Positions 1 to 9,705 of a stretch of DNA of 64,000 nt are shown here, piece by piece. Below the pieces are notes generated by a model that saw only the letters and a list, made by a program, of their open reading frames with translations, did no database searches and was not told where the DNA came from. This DNA comes from an uncultured Candidatus Rokubacteria bacterium (lineage in GTDB: Bacteria > Methylomirabilota > Methylomirabilia > Rokubacteriales > CSP1-6), in the NCBI GenBank assembly GCA_963762145.1, contig CAVXJS010000014.1:224001-288000 (forward strand), given 5' to 3'. The translations under genes were made by a program, and so were the position numbers. Each line of letters opens with the position of its first letter. Position 1 is the stretch's first letter.

Positions 1-1521
1 CCCGATCTGAACGCGCGCTTCGAGGCAGACTACTTTGGCGAGTCGGTGCGCCCGGCTGCCAGCAGCGCCACCGGCCCGGCGCGCTTCGACATCGGTGCGG
101 CGGAGGTGCGGAGTGATGGGAGACCGCCGGCGATCGTCTTCGGGATCCCCGCCGCCAATGCGCACCTGCGCGGCACCGCCACGATCCAGGCGGTCGGGAC
201 GGCCGCGAACGGGGCGGTGGCGGCGATTACCCTGCGCGACGGCTCGCAGGAGCTGACCGCGAGCCTCGTTCCGCCGCCCCCGGCGAGCCCGATCACCGCG
301 ACGGCATCCTGGAACACGGCCACGGTCGCGGACGGAATCCACACGCTGACGGCAACGGTCATCGATCGGTCGCAGAGCGCTGGGACCGCAAGCCGGACGG
401 TGATCGTGGACAACACCCCGCCGGACACGCAGATCATCGGAGGACCACCCGCGACGGGCGGCGCGCCGTCGGCCGTGTTCACGTTCGCCGGCACCGACAA
501 CCTGACCGCCGCGGCCGGCCTCGCCTTCGCCTGGCGGCTCGACGGCGGCGCCTTCACCCCGTTTGCCCCGACCAGCAGCGCCACCCTCACCGGCCTCGCC
601 GCGGGATCCCACGTCTTCGAAGTGACGGCGCGTGATCTGGCGGGCAACGAGGACCCTTCCCCCGCGCGCCGTGCCTTCACGGTGGGCGGCGGGGTGGAGG
701 TGAGGATCACGGAGCCGGGTGACGGTGTGGCCGTTCCTTCGGGACTTCTGCTGGTTCGTGGTACGGTCGCTCCTGGTGGCATCGATGCGGGTGTCACCGT
801 CAATGGGGTCGTGGCGGCGAGGCAGGGGAGCTCGTTCGCGGCGATGGTGCCGGTGACGGCGCCGTCGGTCACGCTCACCGCCGTGGCCACGACCGAGTCG
901 GGGGCCACGGCCACGCACGCGGTCGCGGTGACCGTGTCCGACCTCGGCGAGAACGCTCTGGCGCTCCGCGCTCATCCTGGGACAGGAGGCGTGCCGCTGA
1001 CGACCTCGTTCTCTCTGATCGGCGGGCCCGCTCCCGCGCGCATCGAGCTGGACTTCGATGGCGACGGGCGGACGGACTTCGACGGGCCCACGCTCGACGG
1101 CCAGACGTTCACCTATGCGGCGCCGGGGCTCTTCTATCCGCGCGTCCGCGTCGTCGACGATCAAGGCGTGGCCGTCACCGCCACCGGTCTCGTGCAGGTG
1201 CTCGACCCCGCCGCTCTCGAGGTCCTGCTCCAGGCGCGATGGAGCGGGCTCCGGGACGCCCTGAGCCGGGCCGACGTGCCGGCCGCGGTCGCCCTCTTCG
1301 CAGGTGCCTCACGCGACGCCTATCGCGATCAGCTCACCTCCCTGGCGGGGGTCGGCGCGCTGCCGCAGGTGGCGGCGGCGCTCGGCGCCATCAGCCCGGT
1401 CAAGGTGCTCGACCGCGCGGCCGAGTACGAGCTGAAGGCGGTCCAGCGGGGCACTCTCTACTCCTTCCACGTCCTCTTCGTCATCGACACGGACGGGGTA
1501 TGGCGACTGCGCGTGTTCTGA
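1..1521 (+). CDS. Large exported Ig-like/PKD repeat protein with a distinct C-terminal alpha/beta domain (5' truncated by window edge)
   Basis: Frame 1 is open from base 1. DYFG..RP...DIGAAE resembles the end of a choice-of-anchor Q domain. Ig-like repeats follow (WNTATVADGIHTLTA, VDNTPPDTQI, LAAGSHVFEVTARDLAGN), then a PKD-like segment (DFDGDG..FTYAAPGLFYPRVRV) and the tail ending FVIDTDGVWRLRVF. Confidence 0.85.
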   Translation, partial: PDLNARFEADYFGESVRPAASSATGPARFDIGAAEVRSDGRPPAIVFGIPAANAHLRGTATIQAVGTAANGAVAAITLRDGSQELTASLVPPPPASPITATASWNTATVADGIHTLTATVIDRSQSAGTASRTVIVDNTPPDTQIIGGPPATGGAPSAVFTFAGTDNLTAAAGLAFAWRLDGGAFTPFAPTSSATLTGLAAGSHVFEVTARDLAGNEDPSPARRAFTVGGGVEVRITEPGDGVAVPSGLLLVRGTVAPGGIDAGVTVNGVVAARQGSSFAAMVPVTAPSVTLTAVATTESGATATHAVAVTVSDLGENALALRAHPGTGGVPLTTSFSLIGGPAPARIELDFDGDGRTDFDGPTLDGQTFTYAAPGLFYPRVRVVDDQGVAVTATGLVQVLDPAALEVLLQARWSGLRDALSRADVPAAVALFAGASRDAYRDQLTSLAGVGALPQVAAALGAISPVKVLDRAAEYELKAVQRGTLYSFHVLFVIDTDGVWRLRVF

Positions 1522-2102
1522 TCGCCACGATCGTCCTGACGGCACTGGTCGGCGCGAGCCCCGGCGTCGCACAGGATGAGGACACGCCGCTCCGGCCCGC
1601 GGCGGGACCCTATCGGGGCGTGATCGTGGACGACAAGACCGGGCAGCCCCTGCCGGCGGCCGCGGTGATCATCCTGTGGCAGCGCGTGGACGACCAGATC
1701 CAGGGCCTCCGGCGTCTCTCCGCGGCCCGCGAGGTGTTCACGAACGAGCACGGCGAGTTCGTGCACGACGTGGCGAGTGTGGAAGGTCGCTTGCCGCCCC
1801 AGACGTTCGCCCCGCGCATCGTGGTCTTCCGGCCAGGGTACGCGCCGCTGCCGAGCCGGCCCCAGCTCTTCCCGCCCGGCGTCGCCGCCGCGCGATTCAC
1901 CGAGGCGGGAGCATCCGCGCGGCTCGCGCCCGTCACGGACTACGAGGATCGCGCCGAGGCCTTCAACACCTTCGTGGCGATGCTGAACGCCGCCCAGCTC
2001 TTTCCGCCGACGGAGCTGCCCGAGACCTCCGAACTCATACGCTTCGAGCTGGAAAGCCTCGGCGCCCGGCCGATGAAGCCGACTCCCCAGAGTGGACGAT
2101 GA
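1500..2102 (+). CDS. Secreted carboxypeptidase-regulatory-like domain protein, paralog 1
   Basis: ATG at 1500 within ORF 1239-2102; signal peptide MATARVLIATIVLTALVGASPGVA; motifs GPYRGVIVDDKTGQPL, TNEHGEF, FRPGY. Confidence 0.8.
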   Translation: MATARVLIATIVLTALVGASPGVAQDEDTPLRPAAGPYRGVIVDDKTGQPLPAAAVIILWQRVDDQIQGLRRLSAAREVFTNEHGEFVHDVASVEGRLPPQTFAPRIVVFRPGYAPLPSRPQLFPPGVAAARFTEAGASARLAPVTDYEDRAEAFNTFVAMLNAAQLFPPTELPETSELIRFELESLGARPMKPTPQSGR

Positions 2103-2691
2103 GTGCCTGGGTACGGCTGGTTGCTGTGTGCGCCTTTCTTGCGATAGCCGGCCCGCCAGCGGTTCTCGCGCAAGAGACTCAACCTTTGGACCGCTATCTT
2201 GATCGGCCGCGGGGGCCATACCGGGGACAGGTGGTCGATGCGGAGACCAAGGCTCCGCTTGTCCGGAGCGGTCGTGGTCGTCCGCTGGTTACAGGACCGC
2301 GTCTATCCGCTTCACATGGTGGCCGAGAACTACGCGGTCCGCGAGGCCACGACCGATGCGGCAGGGCGCTTCGTACTGGATGTAAAGGACGTAGAGGAGG
2401 GGGCTCCGCGCCGGACGCGCCGTCCGGGGTTTCTTATCTTCCTTCCTGGATACGGATCGTACCCGAAGCAGCATGTGTCGCCGACTGGATTTACCGGGGG
2501 CATTTTCGAGCGGCCCGGGAACGATCGTCGAGTTGCCCCGCCTCGTGGGCCGAGAGGATCGTCGGAAGAATCTAGGGTCCTTCGGCCCTCACAGTTACTC
2601 GGACAAGCCATTCCGTGACCTCCCGGAGCTCATGCGAAAGATCAACGTGGAAAGAACCGCAATTGGCCTCGAACCATACTCACCGGAGTAG
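2099..2691 (+). CDS. Secreted carboxypeptidase-regulatory-like domain protein, paralog 2 (frameshifts near 2262 and 2520)
   Basis: ATGA overlap with the previous gene; signal peptide; GPYRGQVVDAETKAPL / SGAVVVVRW..TTDAAGRF..FLPGY / TIVELPRL..LPELMRKINVER pieced together from three frames, collinear with paralog 1. Confidence 0.75.
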
Positions 2692-2693
2692 CT

Positions 2694-4788
2694 ATGAGCA
2701 AAATGTTGCTACCAATGTTCGCAGTTGTATTCCTGATATTGCCCGTTCACGCAGTCGCGTATGAAGTCTTGACGCACGAGGAGATCACTCGAACGGCTGG
2801 TAAGGCGGTCTTCGTTGGACGGAGTTCTCCGTTCCCAACTCGGAGTGGGTGGTGGCGTTGACACAATCGTTCGCGGTCAGGCCCTGACGGAATGGCTAGC
2901 ACAAGGAGGACGACGGGAGGACGACTTCCTTCGCTATCTCAATCATTTCCATACCCCGCTTGCAGACTGGTCGGCGGCGGGCCTGCTGGGAAGCCTCGGA
3001 CAGTCGGCCATTCTCTGGGGGCAGAACACGAGTCTGTCGGGCTGGTCGTGGCAGGACGTCCGCAACTCATATTTTGATGCGCTGACCAGGTCGGCTCGCT
3101 CAGACCGGGACGCCAAGTTGACGGGAACGTTTGAGGGTCTTGGACGGCAGGTGCATCTAGTTCAGGATGCCGCGTCACCAGCGCACACCCGGAACGACCC
3201 ACACGCGCTCTATAACTACGAGTCGCTGGTAGACGACGTTCGTGAGAAGGACGAGACGATTTTCAACGCGTGGTTGACAGGCGCGACTGACACGCCCGGC
3301 GTGCCCGATCCAGGTTGGCAGGCGCTCGACAGCAATCCCCTGGCGATGGTGGCTACAGCGCGGCTGATCGACACCGATCGATACCTGGGCGCGAATTCCG
3401 CGGTCACCACGGCGGGGCTCATCGGGCTAGCCGAGTACACGAACGCCAACTTCTTCAGCGAAGATCGAATCTTCACCGAAAACGACGTCGACCCGCTGAA
3501 GCGGTTTCCCTATCCGAATCGGTCGAGCGTGACGGAGCAGGACTTCGACGTGAGCGTCAGAGGGGCGACCGTCAAGCGCCGATACTTCGTCAAGACCGCC
3601 GATGGGGCCACGGGGTACCGACTGGCCACCGTCGGGCTGCTCCGCGACTATCAACAGCGGTTCAACCTCGACTGGACGCGGTTCCGGGAGAGTCCCGCGC
3701 TCGATGAGGCGGTCTACCGAGACTATGCTCAGCGGCTTGTGCCGCGCGCGGTCGCCTACTCGACGGCGCTCCTGGACTACTTCTTCCGAGGACTCGTGGT
3801 CGCCTCCGGGAACGATCTGTCGTTCGGGTTCGGGAACGGCGGCGACGAGACCATGGACGGGACGTTCACCCTGTACTACGACGACGGTAACGACACGCGT
3901 CGTCCCGTGCCGGGCGCGCAGTGGACGAGGGTCCTTGCGCCGTCGGGATTCGCGGAAGATCTCACCCTGGTGGCGCCGAGTAACCCGCCCGCCAAGGAGC
4001 CCGGGAAGTACATGCTGGTCTTCCGCGGCGCCCTCGGGAACGAGCGGGACGCGGTGGTGGGACGGCAGATCTTCCTCGAATCGATGATGGTGGCCCGCCT
4101 GGTCAAGCGCAGCGACGGGACGCCCCATCGGGGGGCCGCCGTCCAGGCGATCGACGTGCAGAACGGACAGATCCTGAGCTCCGGTGTGACCGATCAGGAT
4201 GGGCGAGTTCAGCTGACCTGGAAGCCCGGGCGGACGGTCCTGTTCATCCCGGCCGTCAACCTCTTCCCGATGTACTGGGCGGGCGCGAGCACGTTCTCGA
4301 GCAGCATCGAAGGCGGCCGGATCGTCCAGACGGCGGACCTCGATGCGCAGCGGCAGGTGACCATCCCGATTCCGCTGATCCTGGCCGCGTGGCCGGAGCG
4401 AACCGAGTCGTGCACGGAGCGGCAGCTCTTTGCTCATTCGCCGAATGGGTTCTTCCAGCAGACGCTGTCGCTGGGTGACGGTCTGGCGGACTTTCGGCAG
4501 GTGATCTACGGAGTCAACCTCATCACGTTCATCCGGGACGACAACGGGCAGGAGACCGTCCTCTGTGGCGCGGACACCGGATTCGGGTGTGTGGACCCCC
4601 GGGCCGGGTTCGTGGCCGAGGATGTCAACCGGGTCGGCCAGGTGGTGGGGCGCCTCGTGCGCGATGTGTTTGCCCGGCACACTCGGCAGATCGTCAACGA
4701 AGGTGGCCTCGAGCCGATCGGTCCGCCGACCTGCGATACCGAGTACGCCGAGGTCGAGGTAGTTCCGGTCACGGTGGCCGAGGAGTAG
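2694..4788 (+). CDS. Secreted Zn-dependent phospholipase C/P1-nuclease-like protein with C-terminal beta-rich domains (frameshift near 2799)
   Basis: ATG 2694 gives a signal peptide then AVA/YEVLTHEEIT; removing one base near 2799 joins it to ORF 2815-4788, which has NHFH, HLVQD, PAHTRNDPH, YESLV and LLDYFFRG. Confidence 0.75.
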
Positions 4789-4791
4789 CCG

Positions 4792-4830
4792 TTGACTCGC
4801 CGGGAGCGCCGTCCTAGGATGGCGCTCCCG
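4792..4830 (+). promoter_or_regulatory. sigma70-like promoter overlapped by an inverted repeat
   Basis: TTGACT(4792-97)-17 nt-TAGGAT(4815-20); inverted repeat CGGGAGCGCC(4801-10)/GGCGCTCCCG(4821-30). Confidence 0.45.
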
Positions 4831-4838
4831 GATCGAGC

Positions 4839-6102
4839 GTGACCAGCAAACCTTTCCTCATCATCGTGCTCGCGCTCGGTATCGGCCTGCCCGCGACCCT
4901 CGCGCGCGCGGCGCCCCTGCCGGAGCGGACACCACCCTCGGGCTTCGCGTCCGTCAACGGTGCCACCGGCGGACGCACCCTCGCCGGCACGTTCAGCGGC
5001 AACGCCCGCTCCGCCGCCGCGGTGCTGGGTGGCATGCTGGGCGCCCTCCGCGGGTACTTCGACGGGGCGCCAGTGGTCTCGAGCGCCGTCGGCGATCCCG
5101 CGGACCGTGGCATCATGGCCTTCTTCGACGCGCACCTGCAGGGCACGCCGGTGCGCGGCGCCATGATCGTCCAGCTCAACGACGGCGGCGGGGGCGGCGT
5201 CGCGGTTCTCTTCGATCGGCCCGCGGACATTGCCCGCTCGTTCCCGGCCATGTCCCGGCAGCTCGGCGGCATCCAGGTGCCCGGCGGCGGGCCGGCCCAG
5301 CGGCCGGTAGCACTCCAGCAGCAGACCACGCCCGACGGCAAGGCGGCCATCGGCGTGCCGCCGGGCTGGCGCATCAGCGGCTACGGCAACGGTGCGGTTG
5401 ACGTGGCCGGCCCGCAGGGCCAGCTCGTGGACGTGGGCATCTACCTGCCGATCATGGTGCGCCCGACCTTCGTGGGCCCGGTGGCGGGCACGATCTATCT
5501 GCCGTTCATCGCCGACCCCGCCGCGGCCGTGCCCGTCGTGAGCCAGGCGCTCTCGCAGCAGACCGTCGCCCGCGGCGGCCAGGGCACGACCAACGTCGAG
5601 GTGCTGGAGCGCTACAACACGCCGCCGCCCACCGGCTCGGGCCAGGCCGCCTACCTCTTTGCCCGCTCGCGCATCGGCGGACGGCCCTACTACCACTTCG
5701 CCCTCGTGAACACGGCGCCCATCGACGCCAACGCGTGGACCTACTACTACTCCACGGTGGCCGCGCCCGACGGCGTCTTCCAGCGCGACTTCGCGCTGAT
5801 GCTGAACGTGTGGCGCTCGTGGTCGCTCAACCAGCAGATGCTGCGCGACCGGCTGCAGGACGCCGCCACCAAGATGCGCCAGACCGGGGAGATCCTGCGC
5901 TCGGCCGCGCGCGGGCAGAGCGAGGCCTACGACCGCGCGAACAAGGGCTTCAGCTACTACCTGCGCGGCGTCGAGGTGCTCGAGCACAGCCCGTCCGGGC
6001 CGGCGCGGCAACTTCGATCGCGACTACGCCGACGCGGTGGTGAAGGCGGACCCGACCAAGTACCGCCTGGTCCCGCCGAGCCAGTACCGCACGACCGACT
6101 AG
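4839..6102 (+). CDS. Secreted hypothetical protein (probable frameshift near 6000)
   Basis: Signal peptide MTSKPFLIIVLALGIGLPATLARA and coding-like composition; the likely real tail RGNFDRDYADAVVKADPTKYRLVPPSQYRTTD* ends at 6102 in the +1 frame. Confidence 0.7.
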
Positions 6103-6254
6103 GACGCCGCCCGCCGCCCTAGCGCCCCGATCCCGCCGCGCACGTTCCTTCGAGCAAGGCCCAGTAAGGGCAGAGACACGTTGACACCTCGGAGAGGGCG
6201 TCCTCTACACTATTGACGATTCGTGTCGCATTCCGATGCAAGGAGGCTCTCCCG

Positions 6255-7631
6255 ATGATGCGCAGTCGGCTCCTGCTGATCTCGGTGTTGGTCTTGGGCG
6301 TCCTCGGTTGCGCGCAGAAAGAGCCCTATCGGATCGGCGAGGCGGCCAGCGAGGTCGTGAGCGCGGATCCGACCCTCTGCCCGGAGCTGAAGGAAGCATC
6401 GCCCCACAAGATCCCCGTCGCGTACGTCGAGATCGACGAGCAGGGCTACTTCCACGACCGCGATCAGGTGAACCACGCGCTCGAGCTCGTCGCGAAGCCG
6501 GGGAAGCCGAAGTACGTGGTGGTCTTCGTCCACGGCTGGTTTCACAGCGCGAGCACCGACGACGACAACGTCCAGCGCTTCAAGTGTGCGCTGAACAACA
6601 TCCAGAGCATCGAGGGCAATGCCGACAAGGAAGTTGTCGGCGTCTACGTCGGATGGCGCGGGGAGTCGTGGACGATTCCGGGAATCAAGTTCGTGACGTT
6701 CTGGGATCGCAAGAACACCAGCGACGAGATCGGGCGGGGCTCGCTGGTGGAGTTCCTGACCCGGCTCGAGCAGACGGTCAAGCCTCCGGGGGACGATCGC
6801 AACAAGCTGATGCTGGTGGGCCACAGCTTCGGCGCCTCGGTCGTGTTCAACTCGATCGCCCCGATCCTCATGGAGCGGTTCCTGCTGGATACGGCCCGCC
6901 TTGCCTCGAAGACGGCGGGTGGCCATTCGCAGTCCAAGCCCGGGCTCGTCTCCGGCTATGGCGATCTGGTGGTGCTGGTGAATCCGGCGATCGAGGCCAC
7001 CCGTATCATGCCGTTCTTCAGCATGCTGAACGCCTACACGGGCGAGCAGCCCGATCTGTTCGCGCCGGGCCAGCCGGCCCGGCTGGTGATCCTCTCGTCC
7101 GAAGGGGACTGGGCGACGCGCGTCACCTTCCCGGTAGCGCGCGTCTTCTCGACGATGCTGGAGGTGTACGCCGATCGGGAGCTGGTGACGCCCTACAAGA
7201 CCTCCATCAAGCTGGGGCAGCGATACCTCGACCGGCAGACCATGGGCAACGTCGCGGAGATCCAGACGCACCATCCGCTCAAGGAAGCCCAGCCGTGGAA
7301 CGGCAAGTGCCCCCAGAACCGGAGCGACTCGAACTGGCTCGAGGACGCGATCAAGGCGCGGATGGAGGAGCAGCGGGCCAAGGGCGAGACGCCGACCGGC
7401 GCCGGCTGGTGGCGGGTCTTCGGCGGGTCCACGATCGCGATCGCGCATCGCGGGATCACGACGCCCTCGAACCCGCTGTGGATCATGGCGGTCAGCACGA
7501 AGCTGATCCCGAGTCACAGTGGGATCGCCAATCCCGTGCTGATCTGCCTGTTCGACGAGCTGCTCAGCGATCCGGAGAAGGCGAAGAGCGCGGGAGAGCA
7601 GTACCGGCCGGAGCCGCCCATCAAGAAGTAG
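6255..7631 (+). CDS. Lipoprotein alpha/beta hydrolase
   Basis: AGGAGG at 6241 before ATG 6255; lipobox VLGC; VFVHGW oxyanion segment; GHSFG nucleophile elbow. Confidence 0.8.
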   Translation: MMRSRLLLISVLVLGVLGCAQKEPYRIGEAASEVVSADPTLCPELKEASPHKIPVAYVEIDEQGYFHDRDQVNHALELVAKPGKPKYVVVFVHGWFHSASTDDDNVQRFKCALNNIQSIEGNADKEVVGVYVGWRGESWTIPGIKFVTFWDRKNTSDEIGRGSLVEFLTRLEQTVKPPGDDRNKLMLVGHSFGASVVFNSIAPILMERFLLDTARLASKTAGGHSQSKPGLVSGYGDLVVLVNPAIEATRIMPFFSMLNAYTGEQPDLFAPGQPARLVILSSEGDWATRVTFPVARVFSTMLEVYADRELVTPYKTSIKLGQRYLDRQTMGNVAEIQTHHPLKEAQPWNGKCPQNRSDSNWLEDAIKARMEEQRAKGETPTGAGWWRVFGGSTIAIAHRGITTPSNPLWIMAVSTKLIPSHSGIANPVLICLFDELLSDPEKAKSAGEQYRPEPPIKK

Positions 7632-7656
7632 CTAGTGTTGTTTCCCGGACGACGGA

Positions 7657-8652
7657 CTAGGCGGGGATGACGCGGTCGGCCCGGAGCATCACGGCCGGAG
7701 CCAGGGTGCGGCCGATGGCCTGCGCGGTCTTGAGGTTGACGACCAGCTCGAACCGCGTCGGCTGCTGCACCGGCAGGTCGGCGGGCTTCGCGCCTTTGAG
7801 GATGCGATCCGCGTAGACGGCCAGATTCTGCCACTCGGCGGCGAGGCTGGGCCCGTAGCTCATGAGCGCGCCGGCGTCCGCAAATTGCGACCAGCCGCCC
7901 ATGGACGGGATCCGGCGCCGGATGGCGTAGTCGGCCAGGGCCTTCCGGTAGTTCAGCATCAGGGCGTCCGGAAAGACCACGATGGCGTCGGTCTTTCCCT
8001 TTGCCATCGTCTCGAACGCCGTCTCGAGGTCCTTGTCGTTCCGCACCCGTAACGGGTGCGCGGCCAGCCCCAGGGACCGGGCCGCCGCGACCGATTCCCG
8101 CAGCTCCGACTGCTCGCCCGCATGATCGGGATTCGAGAGAATTGCCACGTTCGCCAGGTCGCTCACCGTCTCCTTCAGCAGCTCCATCCGCTTGCCGACG
8201 AGCTGGACCGCCAGGAAGGTCGTGCCGGTGATGTTGCCGCCGGGACGCGCGAGGCTGGCCACGATGCCGGCCTCCGCCGGGTCCGCGCTCATGCCGAACA
8301 GGACCGGGGTGGTCCCGGCCGCCTGCTTGACCAGCCGGATCACCGGGCCCTGGCTCACGAGCAGGTCCACCTTCTGGCGCAACAGCTCTTCCGTGAAGGT
8401 AAGGGCGCGCTCCGACGACCCCTCGCTCCACCGGGCCTCGAGGACGTAGCTCTGGCCCTCGACCTGGCCGGCCTGGCGCAGGCCCTCGCGAAAGCTATCC
8501 AGGTACACGGTGGCCCCGGTCGGGGAGCCGCTCGAGACCCATCCGATCCGGGCCGGCTTCCGCGCCGGCTGCGCGCCGACGCGGGTGCCGGCGGCGAGAA
8601 GGCCAAACGCAAGGCTGCTGCCGAACGCGCGACGCGAGATCAGGCGGGTCAT
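7657..8652 (-). CDS. ABC transporter substrate-binding protein (ABC_sub_bind family), orphan
   Basis: SRRAF Tat-like leader; SLARPGGNITG; ILKGAKPADLPVQQPTRFELVVNLKTA; ADRVI. Confidence 0.9.
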   Translation of the reverse strand: MTRLISRRAFGSSLAFGLLAAGTRVGAQPARKPARIGWVSSGSPTGATVYLDSFREGLRQAGQVEGQSYVLEARWSEGSSERALTFTEELLRQKVDLLVSQGPVIRLVKQAAGTTPVLFGMSADPAEAGIVASLARPGGNITGTTFLAVQLVGKRMELLKETVSDLANVAILSNPDHAGEQSELRESVAAARSLGLAAHPLRVRNDKDLETAFETMAKGKTDAIVVFPDALMLNYRKALADYAIRRRIPSMGGWSQFADAGALMSYGPSLAAEWQNLAVYADRILKGAKPADLPVQQPTRFELVVNLKTAQAIGRTLAPAVMLRADRVIPA

Positions 8653-8684
8653 GGGTGCCTGCATTCTATAGTAGAATCGCGGCC

Positions 8685-9689
8685 GTGGCAGCGCCCCAGG
8701 GCATCGACGTCCACGCGCACTTCTTCCCCGAGCGCTTCCTCAAGGCGATCGAGGACGGCGGCGCCCTCTCCGGCGGCAGCATCGACCGCTCGAGCCCGGC
8801 CGGCCCGGCCATCGACGTGAAGGGTCAGCGTACGCCGCCTCTCGAGGCGCGCTACTACGACCTGGCCAAGCGCGTGGCCTCCATGAACCGGCAGGGGGTG
8901 GCCGTGCAGGCGCTCTCGCTCACCGCGCCGATGGTCTACTGGGCGCAGGCCGAGCTGGGCCGGCGCCTGGCGCGGGAGTGGAACGACGGCGCCAGCCAGG
9001 CGCACACCGCCTATCCCGATCGCTTCGTGGTCTGCGCCACGCTGCCGATGCAGGACACGATGCTGGCGCTGGCCGAGCTGGACCGGGCCGCCCGGCTGCC
9101 CGGCGTGCGGGCCGTCTACATGGGCACCAATGTCAACGGGCGCGACCTGGACGACCCCGCGTTCTTCCCGGTGTTCGAGCGCTGCGCGGAACTGGGGCTG
9201 CCGGTGGGGCTCCACCCGTTCAACGTCAACGGAGCGGAGCGGCTCAAGCCCTACTACCTGACCAACCTGCTCGGCAACCCGTACGACACCGGCATCGCGG
9301 CGGCCCACCTCATCTTCGGCGGCGTGCTGGACCGGCTGCCGAAGCTGCAGGTCATCCTGCCGCACGCGGGGGGCACGTTCCCGCTGGTGTGGGGGCGGCT
9401 CCAGCGCGGGCAGAAGGTGCGGCCGGAGGCGAACAAGGCCGCGAAGAAGCCGGTGAAGGCGTACCTGCGCCGCTTCACCTACGACACGATCAGCCACGAT
9501 CCGGGGGCGCTGCGCTACCTCATCGACACGGTGGGCGCGGACCGGGTGATGCTCGGCACCGATTTCTGCTTCGACATGGGCTACGAGCGGCCGCTCGACA
9601 TCATCCTCGACAGAGGCGTCAAGCTCTCGCGGGCCGACCAGGCGAAGGTGATCCGCGGGAACGCCGCCCGACTGCTGCGCCTCCGCTAG
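8685..9689 (+). CDS. Amidohydrolase_2 family protein (ACMSD-like decarboxylase/hydrolase)
   Basis: IDVHAH, GLHP, PHAGG, MLGTD motifs. Confidence 0.85.
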   Translation: MAAPQGIDVHAHFFPERFLKAIEDGGALSGGSIDRSSPAGPAIDVKGQRTPPLEARYYDLAKRVASMNRQGVAVQALSLTAPMVYWAQAELGRRLAREWNDGASQAHTAYPDRFVVCATLPMQDTMLALAELDRAARLPGVRAVYMGTNVNGRDLDDPAFFPVFERCAELGLPVGLHPFNVNGAERLKPYYLTNLLGNPYDTGIAAAHLIFGGVLDRLPKLQVILPHAGGTFPLVWGRLQRGQKVRPEANKAAKKPVKAYLRRFTYDTISHDPGALRYLIDTVGADRVMLGTDFCFDMGYERPLDIILDRGVKLSRADQAKVIRGNAARLLRLR

Positions 9690-9705
9690 GGACAGGACTC
9701 GGGGC

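Noticed and set aside
2255-2810. Programmed frameshifting or phase variation in the secreted locus
   Set aside because: No slippery heptamer or long homopolymer at these sites, and similar indels occur throughout housekeeping-type genes, so sequencing error is more likely.
6181-6211. TTGACA..TACACT promoter upstream of the lipoprotein hydrolase
   Set aside because: The 19-nt spacer is suboptimal; plausible but not supported well enough to list.
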